Shown: positions 19,748 to 30,129, counted from the stretch's first letter. The stretch is DNA of 64,000 nt from an uncultured Alistipes sp. (GCA_964427035.1 CAYRSF010000040.1:2493-66492), one strand, 5' to 3'. Numbers and translations are program-made. Notes: generated from the letters alone by a model not told the origin.

Positions 19748-19999
19748 AGCGTAAAAATCTTTAAGGACATCAGGTCATACTGCATTATTTGTGCCGATGT
19801 TTGTCCGGTACGACAACAATCGCCATGTTCGCGATATGAACCCGCATCCCCGCAAACGACAGCCGCACCGCCGACCATAACGCCTGCAAACGGCACTGCG
19901 GCGGCATCATAAAAAATATCTCCCGATTTGGCGCATTTATTTTGCGTCATTCGAGAATAATCCGTATTTTCGCAATTAATTCGGTTAATATCATTTTAC

Positions 20000-21103
20000 A
20001 TGAAACGAATCATTCTTTCGGGAGGCGGAACAGGCGGACATATCTATCCGGCAGTATCGGTCGCAGAGGTGCTGAAACGCCGCTACGGCGATGATGTCGA
20101 GATACTTTTCGTCGGTGCAGAGGGCAAAATGGAGATGCGTATCATCCCCGGTTTAGGCTACCGCATAGCAGGGCTGCCCATCGCAGGGCTGCAACGCAAA
20201 CTTTCGCTGCGCAATCTCGCGCTGCCGATGCACGTATTGCGGTCGCTGTGTCGTGCGCGTTCCGTAATCAAGGAGTTCCGCCCGGATATAGTTGCAGGAT
20301 TCGGCGGATATGCGAGCGCACCGATAGTGTGGATGTCGCAGCGCATGGGCATTCCGACCGTCATTCAGGAGCAGAACTCCTATGCCGGACTCGTGAACAA
20401 GATTGTCGGCGGAGGAGCGAAAAGCGTCTGCGTCGCTTACGACGGCATGGAACGCTTCTTCAAACCCGACAAAATCGTCATGACGGGCAATCCGCTGCGC
20501 TGTTCGTTCTCGAAAGGGAGCGTCGAACGCGAAACGGCATTGAAATACTACGGTTTCGACGACTCTTTGCCCGTGATGCTCGTCGTCGGAGGTTCGCTCG
20601 GCACGCGCACGCTCAACAACATGATGAAATCGTGGATTATGACGCTCGACGGCAAAGCGCCGGTACAGGTCATCTGGCAGACCGGACGCTACTACGAAGC
20701 GGAGATGAAACAGTTCCTCGACCACTATCCGACCGAGAACATCTGGCGGGGGGCGTTCATCGACCGCATGGACTACGCCTACGAAATCGCCGACGTCGTA
20801 ATCTCCCGCAGCGGGGCATGCACGGTATCCGAATTGTGTCTTGCGGGCAAGCCGACGCTTTTCGTTCCGTCGCCAAATGTCGCCGAAGACCACCAGACCA
20901 AAAATGCGCAGGCTCTCGTGAACAAGAAGGCGGCACGCATGGTCGCCGACGCCGATGCGGTCGATTGCGGCATATCCACGGCATTGCGCATGATAGCCGA
21001 CAAAAACGAACTGACGATGTTGTCGAAAAACATATCGCGTCTCGCCGTTCCCGACGCAGCCGACCGGGTGGCGGACGAAATAGTGAAATATTGGGGAGAA
21101 TAG
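20000..21103 (+). CDS. murG: Lipid II GlcNAc transferase
   Basis: GGGTGGHIYP, QEQNS, GGSLG, SRSGA, HQTKNA. Confidence 0.97.
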   Translation: MKRIILSGGGTGGHIYPAVSVAEVLKRRYGDDVEILFVGAEGKMEMRIIPGLGYRIAGLPIAGLQRKLSLRNLALPMHVLRSLCRARSVIKEFRPDIVAGFGGYASAPIVWMSQRMGIPTVIQEQNSYAGLVNKIVGGGAKSVCVAYDGMERFFKPDKIVMTGNPLRCSFSKGSVERETALKYYGFDDSLPVMLVVGGSLGTRTLNNMMKSWIMTLDGKAPVQVIWQTGRYYEAEMKQFLDHYPTENIWRGAFIDRMDYAYEIADVVISRSGACTVSELCLAGKPTLFVPSPNVAEDHQTKNAQALVNKKAARMVADADAVDCGISTALRMIADKNELTMLSKNISRLAVPDAADRVADEIVKYWGE

Positions 21104-21109
21104 CCTGAA

Positions 21110-22492
21110 ATGAAGAAAAACAGAATATATTTTATCGGAATCGGAGGCATCGGGATGAGCGCCCTTGCACGTTATTTCATCGACGAAGGCTGGACGGTGG
21201 GCGGTTACGACCGTACGGAATCGGACCTCACCCGGCAACTCTCCGATGCGGGTGCGAAAATCCATTACGAGGACGACGTGAAACTTATTCCGCAGGAGTT
21301 CCTCGACGCCGGACTTGCGGCAGTGGTCTACACGCCCGCCGTTCCGCCGCACCATACCGAACTCGCGATGTTCCGCGAACGCGGATTCGAAATCATGAAG
21401 CGTTCGCAGATGCTCGGACTGCTGTCGCAGGACAAATACGTAATGGCTGTCGCCGGCACTCACGGCAAAACCACCACCTCGACCATCATCGCATGGCTCA
21501 ACCGGCGGGCGGCGGGCGAAGGAAGCGCGTTTCTGGGCGGAGTTTCAAAGAACTTCGGCGGAAATCTCGTGTCGGGCGAAGGAAACCGGCTCGCAGTCGA
21601 AGCGGACGAATTCGACCGCTCGTTCCTGCGGCTCTATCCCGACATCGCGGTCGTAACATCCGCCGATGCCGACCACCTCGACATCTACGGCACGCACGAA
21701 GCGGTGAAGGAGGCGTTCGCCCAATTCATCTCGCAGATAAAGGCGGGAGGCTCGCTCGTGCTGAAACTCGGAGTGGACGTCGCGGTGCGGAACGATGCCA
21801 TAAAGGTTTGGCGATATTCATACGACGCTCCGTGCGACTTCTATGCGAAGAACGTGAAGTTGCTCGACGGCGGACACTACCGCTACGACATAGTTACTCC
21901 GTCGGGCACAGTCGAAAATTGCACGCTCGGCATACCGGGCTGGATTAACATCGAGAACTCGATAGCAGCGGTCGCCGCGTTCTGGTGTGCGGCGCAAGCC
22001 GAAGGCAAGCCGTTCGACGAAGATTCGCTGCGCAACGCGCTCGCCGAATTTTCGGGCGTCAAGCGGCGTTTCGAGTTTTACGTCAATACGTCGAAGCAGG
22101 TCTATATGGACGATTACGCCCATCACCCGCGCGAACTGTCGGCTACGATAACCTCGGTGCGCAGGATGTTCCCCGGCAGACGTCTGACGGCGATATTCCA
22201 GCCGCACCTGTATACCCGGACGCGCGATTTGTACACCGAATTCGCGGCGGCATTGTCGCTTGCCGACGAGGTGGCGCTGCTGCCGATATACCCTGCCCGC
22301 GAAGAACCTATCGAAGGCGTCTCGTCGCAGATGATAGCCGATTCGGTAACCGTACCCTGCCGAATCGTCGAACGCGAACGGATAGCCGAAGCGGTCGGAA
22401 AGATGAATACCGATGTCGTGGTATCGTTCGGAGCGGGGAATATTGATGCCTGCTGCGGGGCGATTGCCGAAGAATTGGCCAAAAAGGCTTGA
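21110..22492 (+). CDS. murC: UDP-N-acetylmuramate--L-alanine ligase
   Basis: GIGGIGMS, GTHGKTTT, EADEFDRSF, DDYAHHP, FQPH. Confidence 0.97.
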   Translation: MKKNRIYFIGIGGIGMSALARYFIDEGWTVGGYDRTESDLTRQLSDAGAKIHYEDDVKLIPQEFLDAGLAAVVYTPAVPPHHTELAMFRERGFEIMKRSQMLGLLSQDKYVMAVAGTHGKTTTSTIIAWLNRRAAGEGSAFLGGVSKNFGGNLVSGEGNRLAVEADEFDRSFLRLYPDIAVVTSADADHLDIYGTHEAVKEAFAQFISQIKAGGSLVLKLGVDVAVRNDAIKVWRYSYDAPCDFYAKNVKLLDGGHYRYDIVTPSGTVENCTLGIPGWINIENSIAAVAAFWCAAQAEGKPFDEDSLRNALAEFSGVKRRFEFYVNTSKQVYMDDYAHHPRELSATITSVRRMFPGRRLTAIFQPHLYTRTRDLYTEFAAALSLADEVALLPIYPAREEPIEGVSSQMIADSVTVPCRIVERERIAEAVGKMNTDVVVSFGAGNIDACCGAIAEELAKKA

Positions 22493-22510
22493 CGGATTAA
22501 GAAACTGATT

Positions 22511-23608
22511 ATGCTCGAACGTGCAGGCGAAATAGCCCTTGTGGTCGTCGTGTGGTCGATTGCCGTCGGCTATATCGTCTATGCGTCCGTACTCGCGTCC
22601 CGGCACCGTTCGGCGCAGACGGTCGAGCGGGTGGAGATAAACATCCTCGACAGCACTGCCAACGGACAACTCATTACGGACCGCAAGGTGCGCGAATGGA
22701 TTGCCGGGAGCGGCATCGCGACTGTCGGCACGCCGATAAACGAAGCGGATGCCGCCGGAATCCGACGGACGATAGCACGCAACGGGTTCGTCGAAAACGT
22801 GGATGTTTACGTTACATATTCGGGCGTAATGCACATCGACATAAGCCAGCGGCGACCCATGATGAGGCTGATGACTGATGGCTACAACGCCTATGTTACC
22901 GAGGACGGTTTCATTTTTGCCGCTCCCGAGGCATCTGCGCTCTACGTTCCGGTCGTTACGGGCAGTTACCGTCCGATAGTGCCGCCATCTTTCGAAGGGT
23001 ACATCGGCGATTATGTCGCCGGGCTCGGTGCGGAAGCCGAAAAACGCATAAAGCAGATAGAGAAAGAGAAGAATCCGCTCTATGCCGAAGAGGATACCGT
23101 GAGGGATTCGCTGCGCAGCATACGCAAGGATCGTGTAAAGAAGAGGTGGCTGGAATCGAAAGAGAATTTCGAACAGCGGGCAGAAATAAAGCGTCAGCAG
23201 AAAAAACTCCGCCGACGTTATCAGAACGGGCTGTTGCGCGATGTGCATCGCAAAATCGACGCCGTTACCGCCCGTCAGGACGCCGTGAGGGCGGAGCAGA
23301 AAAAAACGGAGGAAAAGTATGCCGATTTCCTTAAACTGATTAACTTTGTCCGTTCCATAGAAGATGACGGGTTCTGGTCGTCCGAAATCGTCCAAATCGT
23401 CGCTTCGACAGCATCATACGGTACGATGGAATTGGTTCTCGTGCCTCGCAGCGGCGACTTCCGCATCGTTTTCGGCGAAATCGGCGATGCCGAACGCAAG
23501 TTGGACAAATTGCTGCGGTTCTATGGCGACGGACTCGGAAAAATCGGATGGAACAGATTCGGAACGATAAATTTGAAATACAATAATCAGGTGGTTTGCA
23601 CCGAATAG
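22511..23608 (+). CDS. ftsQ: Cell division protein FtsQ-like with a long charged insertion
   Basis: Position between murC and ftsA; single N-terminal TM; POTRA-like region; Bacteroidota C-terminus INLKYNNQVVCT. Confidence 0.78.
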   Translation: MLERAGEIALVVVVWSIAVGYIVYASVLASRHRSAQTVERVEINILDSTANGQLITDRKVREWIAGSGIATVGTPINEADAAGIRRTIARNGFVENVDVYVTYSGVMHIDISQRRPMMRLMTDGYNAYVTEDGFIFAAPEASALYVPVVTGSYRPIVPPSFEGYIGDYVAGLGAEAEKRIKQIEKEKNPLYAEEDTVRDSLRSIRKDRVKKRWLESKENFEQRAEIKRQQKKLRRRYQNGLLRDVHRKIDAVTARQDAVRAEQKKTEEKYADFLKLINFVRSIEDDGFWSSEIVQIVASTASYGTMELVLVPRSGDFRIVFGEIGDAERKLDKLLRFYGDGLGKIGWNRFGTINLKYNNQVVCTE

Positions 23609-23613
23609 GGGAT

Positions 23614-25098
23614 ATGGAGAAAAAAAATTACATAGTAGGAGTCGATATAGGTTCGTCGAACGTCGTCGTAGCCGTCGGAACCCGCAATGCCGGCGGGCTT
23701 CTGAATATCGACGGTATCGCGTCGCGCTCGGTCGATAACAACGGAGTTACGTCGGGACGCATCGACAACGTGCGCTCGGTCGGGAAAGCGATTCGCGAAG
23801 CGAAAGAGGAGTTGGAGGAGGAGTTGGGCATCCGAATCAACGAGGCATATGCCGGAATCTCGGGCAACTTCATCCGTTGCGCGAGTTACACCGACCATGT
23901 ATTCATCAAGGATTCGTCGCGTTGCATAACCAAGGAGGATGTAGCGGCATTGCACGAACGCATGCGCAACGTGCTCGCCGATGACGGAGAGCAGATAATG
24001 AACCGCATCTCGCAGAACTATGTCGTGGACGACGGCAGCGAAACCGACGATCCGGTGGGTGCTTTCGGTCGCAAACTCTCTTCGACGTTCCTCTTCGTGC
24101 TGTGCAGGAAAGAGCAAATCGAACGCGTGAAGATGTCGTTCCACAACGCCGGATTGCGACCGCCGCTCGACGTTTGCGTCAATCCGGCTGTATTGCCATA
24201 TGTGCTGCTCTCCGACGAGGAGCGCGACGAAGGTGCGGCGGTTATCGACATCGGAAGCGGAACGACCGACGTTTCGATAGTCCGCGGCGGCAAACTGCGT
24301 TACGTCGCATCGGTCCCTATTGGCGCATCGGCAATCGACGCCGACCTGCATTCATTCGGAATAGCGAAAACCAACGCCGAACAGATAAAAAAGAAATACG
24401 GTTCAGCCGTCGCCGACATGGCATCGATGGACAAATCAGTGCCCGTCCAGACGTCGGGACAGATGAAAAAGGAAATCTTGCAGGTCAATCTGGTCTCGAT
24501 AATCGAAGCGCGCCTGAAAGACATCATCGAGTTCGCATGGGACGAAATCCGCAGTGCCAAGTTCACGAGCAAAATACCGTGCGGCATAGTGCTGACGGGC
24601 GGATCAGCCCTGCTCGAAAACATCGACAAACTGTTTTGCCGCGAAACCGGTGCAAGTGTTCGTCTGGGTGATGCCCGATACGGCATCGACGAGGAGTCGC
24701 AGCAGAAAATCGGCACTTTCTCCCACTCGACTGCCGTCGCCATACTGCTGTTCGGAGCCGAACACGGGTACTGCGAGGTTACGGAGCGTGTAGTGTCTCC
24801 GAACAAACCGACTGCCGACACCGGCGATATTCCGAAACCGTCGAAGCCGGCAACGCCGGTTCATCGCGAAGCGGCAGACCCCGGCATTTCGCAGACAGAG
24901 GAGAAGCCTGCTGCCGCGACAGATACCGTACCCGAAATACAGACGAATCCCGCACCTGTCGAGGAACCTGTTTCGCCGACACTGCCGGCAGACGGGGATG
25001 ACGACGGTGAGGGAGGTAAAAATGTCGGACTGTTGGAGAAAGCAGCCCGGTGGTTCGACAAATTGCTCGGCAATAACAAGGATAACGAATATTTATAG
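23614..25098 (+). CDS. ftsA: Cell division protein FtsA
   Basis: GVDIGSS, IDIGSGTTD, GIVLTGGSA; start taken at MEKKNY. Confidence 0.93.
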   Translation: MEKKNYIVGVDIGSSNVVVAVGTRNAGGLLNIDGIASRSVDNNGVTSGRIDNVRSVGKAIREAKEELEEELGIRINEAYAGISGNFIRCASYTDHVFIKDSSRCITKEDVAALHERMRNVLADDGEQIMNRISQNYVVDDGSETDDPVGAFGRKLSSTFLFVLCRKEQIERVKMSFHNAGLRPPLDVCVNPAVLPYVLLSDEERDEGAAVIDIGSGTTDVSIVRGGKLRYVASVPIGASAIDADLHSFGIAKTNAEQIKKKYGSAVADMASMDKSVPVQTSGQMKKEILQVNLVSIIEARLKDIIEFAWDEIRSAKFTSKIPCGIVLTGGSALLENIDKLFCRETGASVRLGDARYGIDEESQQKIGTFSHSTAVAILLFGAEHGYCEVTERVVSPNKPTADTGDIPKPSKPATPVHREAADPGISQTEEKPAAATDTVPEIQTNPAPVEEPVSPTLPADGDDDGEGGKNVGLLEKAARWFDKLLGNNKDNEYL

Positions 25099-25104
25099 AC
25101 AGAT

Positions 25105-26436
25105 ATGACGGATAACGACAATATATTGGATGATATTCCGGAACTTCGCGGCATTCCGTCGCTGATAATGGTTCTCGGAGTCGGCGGCGCAGGAGGCAAT
25201 GCGGTGAACCACATGTGGAACATGGGCATCGACGGCGTCAATCTGGTAGTCTGCAACACGGACAGTCAGGATTTGGCGAAAAGCCCCGTCAGCCGCAAGA
25301 TTTGTTTGGGCGACGGTTTGGGTGCAGGCAACGATGCGCATGTCGGCGAGCAGAAAGCGAAGATTTCGATCGATGAAGTGCGGCACTGCTTCGAATCGTG
25401 CGGGACGAAGATGCTCTTTCTCGCTGCGGGCATGGGAGCAGGCACCGGAACGGGCGCATCGCCCGTCATCGCTGAACTCGCCGCCGAGATGGGCATACTG
25501 ACGGTAGCGATAGTTACGATGCCGCCGCGGAACGACGGTCCGGAGCGAATGAGTCAGGCACGCGAAGGCGTCGAACGTCTGCGCGAACACGTCGATTCGC
25601 TCATAGTGTTGAGCAACGATACGATAAGCGACCTGTACGGCAATCTTTCGCTCAACGGTGCATTCGACAAGGCGAACGACGTGGTGGCTTTCGCGACGAA
25701 AGGCATCGCCGAAATCGTTACGCGCAAATACAACATAGTGAACAACGACTTCTCGGATGTCTGCAAGGTCATGCGCGACGGAGGATGCGCCGTAATGGGA
25801 ATGGCGACCGCCTCGGGCGACGACCGTGCGGAAGCGGCAGTGGATGCTGTATTCTCGGCGTCGCTTTTCGGCAACACCAATATAGCCGGAGCCAAGCGGG
25901 TGCTGCTCAACGTGTCGGTTTCGGACGAAAGCAAACTGACGCTGATGGAGGTAAACCGTATCAAAGACCGCATACAGTCCTACGCATCGACGACCGACGA
26001 CAACGGGGTGCTGCATCCGACGAACATAATTTGGGGTGCGAGCATAAAACCGGAACTGGGCGACAGTATCGAAACCATAATCGTCGCGACGGGCTTCCCC
26101 GCATCGGAGGAGTATTACAACAAGGTAATCGACAAGCCGGAGACGCAGATTCGCAAACCTGTCGTCGAACAGCCGAACAGCGACCTTACCGACATCAAGG
26201 CGGAGAAAAAGCCGCTCATCATGCAGCCGAAACCGGCAGTGCCGAACATGATAGGCAAACCGACAAAAAATTACATGGAGGTCGAACGGCGCAAACTTAC
26301 GCCGGCATTCGTCGCGCGCAAGGTGAAACTCGTAACCCAGACATCGGGTGCCCGCAAACGCGCCGTCGGGAAGGACGACGAACCGACTGCCACCGATTCG
26401 ACCGGCACCAACGACGCTAAACTTAACCTGTTTTAA
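25105..26436 (+). CDS. ftsZ: Cell division protein FtsZ
   Basis: GVGGAGGNAV, NTD, GLGAG, GMGAGTGTG, T7 loop NNDFSD. Confidence 0.95.
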   Translation: MTDNDNILDDIPELRGIPSLIMVLGVGGAGGNAVNHMWNMGIDGVNLVVCNTDSQDLAKSPVSRKICLGDGLGAGNDAHVGEQKAKISIDEVRHCFESCGTKMLFLAAGMGAGTGTGASPVIAELAAEMGILTVAIVTMPPRNDGPERMSQAREGVERLREHVDSLIVLSNDTISDLYGNLSLNGAFDKANDVVAFATKGIAEIVTRKYNIVNNDFSDVCKVMRDGGCAVMGMATASGDDRAEAAVDAVFSASLFGNTNIAGAKRVLLNVSVSDESKLTLMEVNRIKDRIQSYASTTDDNGVLHPTNIIWGASIKPELGDSIETIIVATGFPASEEYYNKVIDKPETQIRKPVVEQPNSDLTDIKAEKKPLIMQPKPAVPNMIGKPTKNYMEVERRKLTPAFVARKVKLVTQTSGARKRAVGKDDEPTATDSTGTNDAKLNLF

Positions 26437-26442
26437 CCGGCG

Positions 26443-27723
26443 ATGTGCGATTTCGTAACATACCTCGGCTGTCCGCCCTATGTCATAGGGTTGATAATGA
26501 TTACCGCAGTGCTTCTGATGATTTCGGCTGCCGTCTCGGCGTCGGAAGTCGCGTTTTTTTCGCTCACTCCCGCCGACATCCGCAACATCAAACAGCGCGG
26601 AACGGTTGCATCCGACTGCATTCTGAAACTGTTGTCTAACTCCGATTCGCTGCTGGCGACGATACTCGTCGTCAATAATCTCGTCAATATCGGCATCGTC
26701 ATCGTAACGTCGAAAATCATCGACACGATGTTCCGTTTCGAGCGTTTCGAATTTCTGTTTACGGGAGTTTTCGTAACGTTCCTGCTGCTGCTTTTCGGCG
26801 AGATTCTGCCCAAGGTGTTCGCACAGGGCTCCAATGTCAGAGTGGCAGCCGTTCTGGCACAGCCTCTCACTCTGATGCGCTGGATATTCTATCCGCTGTC
26901 GTACATTCTGATTCGGACGAGCAGCCGTATCGGGGAAATGGCGTCGCACAACGCCGACATTTCGATAGAAGAACTCGCCGATGCCGTCGATATGACGACC
27001 ACCTCGTCGAGCGAGGAGCAGAAGATGCTGTCGGGAATCGTCAATTTCGCCAACCGCGAAGTGGTCGAGATAATGCGGCCGCGAATGGACATCAAGGCGG
27101 TCGAGCACACCATGACGTTCGGCGAAGTTAAGCGCGTCATAATGGAGTCGGGATATTCGCGGCTGCCGGTCTATGACGACGATTTGGACCATATCAAAGG
27201 CACGCTTTTCGTCAAGGATTTGTTGCAGTACATAAACGAACCCGACGAGTTCGGCTGGCAGCGTCTTGTCCGCGACCCGTACTTCGTGCCTGTCCACAAG
27301 AAAATCAACAACATGCTCGAAGATTTCCAGTCCGACAAGGTGCACATGGCGATCGTCGTGGACGAATACGGTGCGACGCAGGGGCTCGTGTCGCTGGAAG
27401 ATATTCTGGAAGAGGTCGTCGGCGAAATCACCGACGAGAGCGATGCCGACGAATCGTTCTATCGGAAGTTGAGCGAGAACGCATATCTGTTCGACGGCAA
27501 GACCCATATCGTCGATATGGTGCGCATACTGCAACTCGACGACGAAACGTTCGAGGACGTACAGGGTCGGGCGGAAACCGTCGCCGGACTGATGCTCGAA
27601 ATCAAACGCGATTTTCTGAAAAAGGGCGATTCGGTCGAGGCTCACGGCATCCGGTTTATCGTGGACGCAATGGACGGGCACCGCATCGACAAAATCAAGG
27701 TAATCGTACTTTGCGATGAGTAG
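26443..27723 (+). CDS. gldE: GldE / CNNM-CBS-CorC domain membrane protein
   Basis: SASEVAFFSL, FGEILPK, YSRLPVY, VVDEYG...LEDILEEVVGEI. Confidence 0.85.
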   Translation: MCDFVTYLGCPPYVIGLIMITAVLLMISAAVSASEVAFFSLTPADIRNIKQRGTVASDCILKLLSNSDSLLATILVVNNLVNIGIVIVTSKIIDTMFRFERFEFLFTGVFVTFLLLLFGEILPKVFAQGSNVRVAAVLAQPLTLMRWIFYPLSYILIRTSSRIGEMASHNADISIEELADAVDMTTTSSSEEQKMLSGIVNFANREVVEIMRPRMDIKAVEHTMTFGEVKRVIMESGYSRLPVYDDDLDHIKGTLFVKDLLQYINEPDEFGWQRLVRDPYFVPVHKKINNMLEDFQSDKVHMAIVVDEYGATQGLVSLEDILEEVVGEITDESDADESFYRKLSENAYLFDGKTHIVDMVRILQLDDETFEDVQGRAETVAGLMLEIKRDFLKKGDSVEAHGIRFIVDAMDGHRIDKIKVIVLCDE

Positions 27724-28297
27724 CCGTCTGTGCATAGAGCGCATTCCGTCTCTCGAAAAACTCGTCGCCGAAGCGCATCCGGCAGATGCGGCAGCCGCCG
27801 CATCGTTCGCTTCACCGCACCGCCGGCGGGAGTTCCTCGCATGGCGGGCTGTTGCGCGACGTCTTGCAGGTCGCGAAACGGAGATAGGCTACGACGAGTG
27901 GGGCGCACCCGTAATCGCCGGTTCGACGCTGCATGTCGCCGTGTCGCACAGTCGCGCCCATGTCGCCGTGATAGTCTCCGACCGACCGTGCGCCGTCGAT
28001 ATAGAGTCGCTGTCGAGAAATTTCGGAAAGATTATGCGCCGTTATCTATCCGACGAGGAGCGTGCGCTCTCGCCGCATCCCGATTTTCCGGCTGCCGCAT
28101 GGTGCGCCAAGGAGACCCTCTACAAATACTGTCGCCACGGAGGATTGAATCTGCTGTCGGATATCCGTATCGTCGCCGTCGATTTCGACAAAGGCGAGAT
28201 ACGCGGTACGGTTCGCGGCGGCGAAGAGACGGCAATGCGCTTGTCCTACCACGACGGCGACATTGCGGTCAGCACAGGAGCCGCCGCGTCAAAGTAA
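27716..28297 (+). CDS. 4'-phosphopantetheinyl transferase superfamily protein
   Basis: RRREFLAWR, VSHS, AVDIE, WCAKETLYK. Confidence 0.85.
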   Translation: MSSRLCIERIPSLEKLVAEAHPADAAAAASFASPHRRREFLAWRAVARRLAGRETEIGYDEWGAPVIAGSTLHVAVSHSRAHVAVIVSDRPCAVDIESLSRNFGKIMRRYLSDEERALSPHPDFPAAAWCAKETLYKYCRHGGLNLLSDIRIVAVDFDKGEIRGTVRGGEETAMRLSYHDGDIAVSTGAAASK

Positions 28298-28425
28298 AAC
28301 AGGCATCATATAAAAACTTTACTGCTTTCCTGTTCTACCTTACAGCGGGCTTTGCCCGCGTATCCTTAAAAGCGGGTCTGCCGTTGTAACCCTAACAACC
28401 TTAAACTTGCGGCACCCTACAACCG

Positions 28426-28599
28426 AACCGAGCGCACAACTTTACGACTGCGCCGTTTAGATAGGCGGCACCTCGGCAGAATCAAATAAATTTGCTTCTG
28501 CACTCGGTTTGCACAACTTTACGACTGCGTCGTTTAGATAGGCGGCACCTCGGCAGAATCAAATAAATTTGCTTCTGCACTCGGTTTGCACTATCTTTG
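28426..28599 (+). repeat. 77-bp tandem palindromic repeat (two copies) ending in a promoter
   Basis: Units start at 28434 and 28511 (one mismatch) with a partial third at 28588; internal hairpin GCAGAATCAAAT/ATTTGCTTCTGC; ends TTTG-20nt-TATCTTTG. Confidence 0.9.
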
Positions 28600-28608
28600 C
28601 ACAGCAAT

Positions 28609-30042
28609 ATGAGTAACAAATCCTCGACATTATCTCTCGGAACAGACAGTATCGGAAAGTTGCTCTTCCGTTATGCCGTACCCGCCATCATCGCTATGGC
28701 GTCGTCGTCGCTGTATCATATAATAGACAGTATCTTCGTCGGACACGGCGTCGGAGGAGCGGCTATTGCGGGAATGGCCATAACGATGCCGATTATGAAC
28801 ATAGCATCGGCATTCGGCGCGATGGTCGGCGTGGGAGCGGCAGCCCGAATCTCAATCCGGCTCGGCGAGGGCAACAAAATCGCAGCCGAAAAGACGCTCG
28901 GCAACGCCGTATTGCTGAACATCGTATCGGGCATCGCGGTCATGGTCGGCATACTCGCATTCCTCGACCCCATTCTGTATCTGTTCAGCGGCGGACAGGC
29001 AACCGAACAAACCATAGAATACGCCCGTCAGTTCATGCAGATAATCATGGCGGGGAACATTATCACGCATCTCTATTTGAGCCTCAACGAACAGATACGC
29101 GCCTCGGGATATCCCCGCAAATCGATGTACATAATGCTTGTGGCGGTCATAGTCAATCTCGTTCTCAATCCGCTGTTCATATTCCGGTTCGGTTGGGGCA
29201 TCCGCGGTTCAGCCGCAGCCACCGTCATTGCGCAATGTGCAGCATTCGCGATTGCATTCTCGCATTTCTGCTCCAAAAGAAGTTTCATCCGCTTCAAACG
29301 TACATCGTTCCATTTCGAGTGGAAAATCATATTCGCCATACTCTCCATCGGTCTCGCGCCGTTTCTGCTGAACATGTGCGCATCGATGGTCGCCGCATTC
29401 GTCAATCATGCACTGCTGCTCTACGGCGGAACAGGCTCGCGAGACATCGTAACGGCGGCAACGGGTGCGGGAGACATATATGTCGGGGCATACGGAATCA
29501 TCAACCGTGTAGTTCTGCTGTTCATCATGGTAATTCAGGGTCTGAATCAGGGTATGCAGCCTATCGTGGGCTACAACTACGGCGCGAAGAATTTCGACCG
29601 TGTGCGACGAACGCTCATGCTGACCATATGCTGCGGAATATGTATCGCCTCGGTCGGCTTCCTGCTCGGGCAGTTCGCTCCGTCGGCTATCGCCCATATA
29701 TTCGTCGATTCCTCGAAGGGAGACGACGAACAGGCTATGATCGAGGCTGCGACACAGGGTTTGCGGTTGGTTATCCTCATGTTCCCGTTGGTAGGATTCC
29801 AAATCGTAACGGGCAACTTCTTCCAATATATCGGCAAAGCCCCTCTCGCGATATTCATGTCGCTGACCCGTCAGTTGATTTTCCTGCTGCCGCTGTTGTG
29901 GGTGCTGCCACGGACATTGGGAGCGTTCGGAGTGTGGATTTCGATGCCTGTCGCCGACTGCGCCTCCATAACCCTCGCCGCAATATTTCTGACGCGGCAA
30001 CTGCACAAGATGCGCAGTGAGGAGTTACAATACGGACAATAA
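28609..30042 (+). CDS. MATE family efflux transporter (MepA-like)
   Basis: LGTDSIGKLL..YAVPAII, YHIIDSIFVG, QGMQPIVGYNYGA; start taken at MSNKS. Confidence 0.92.
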   Translation: MSNKSSTLSLGTDSIGKLLFRYAVPAIIAMASSSLYHIIDSIFVGHGVGGAAIAGMAITMPIMNIASAFGAMVGVGAAARISIRLGEGNKIAAEKTLGNAVLLNIVSGIAVMVGILAFLDPILYLFSGGQATEQTIEYARQFMQIIMAGNIITHLYLSLNEQIRASGYPRKSMYIMLVAVIVNLVLNPLFIFRFGWGIRGSAAATVIAQCAAFAIAFSHFCSKRSFIRFKRTSFHFEWKIIFAILSIGLAPFLLNMCASMVAAFVNHALLLYGGTGSRDIVTAATGAGDIYVGAYGIINRVVLLFIMVIQGLNQGMQPIVGYNYGAKNFDRVRRTLMLTICCGICIASVGFLLGQFAPSAIAHIFVDSSKGDDEQAMIEAATQGLRLVILMFPLVGFQIVTGNFFQYIGKAPLAIFMSLTRQLIFLLPLLWVLPRTLGAFGVWISMPVADCASITLAAIFLTRQLHKMRSEELQYGQ

Positions 30043-30081
30043 GGATTTAAGACTGTCCCTTGGCGTTTCGCCATAGAACAT

Positions 30082-30118
30082 AGGGTTGCGCACTGCGGGT
30101 TATCCGCAGTGCGACCCT
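30082..30118. terminator. Hairpin between convergent MATE and purB
   Basis: CGCACTGCGG-gttat-CCGCAGTGCG with AGGGT/ACCCT extension; no U-tract. Confidence 0.55.
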
Positions 30119-30129
30119 GACCGCCTTGC

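Noticed and set aside
28434..28591. 77-bp repeat as a CRISPR array for the nearby Cas9
   Set aside because: Units abut with no unique spacers, and they do not match the GTTGTGATTTGCTTT-type repeat predicted from the tracrRNA
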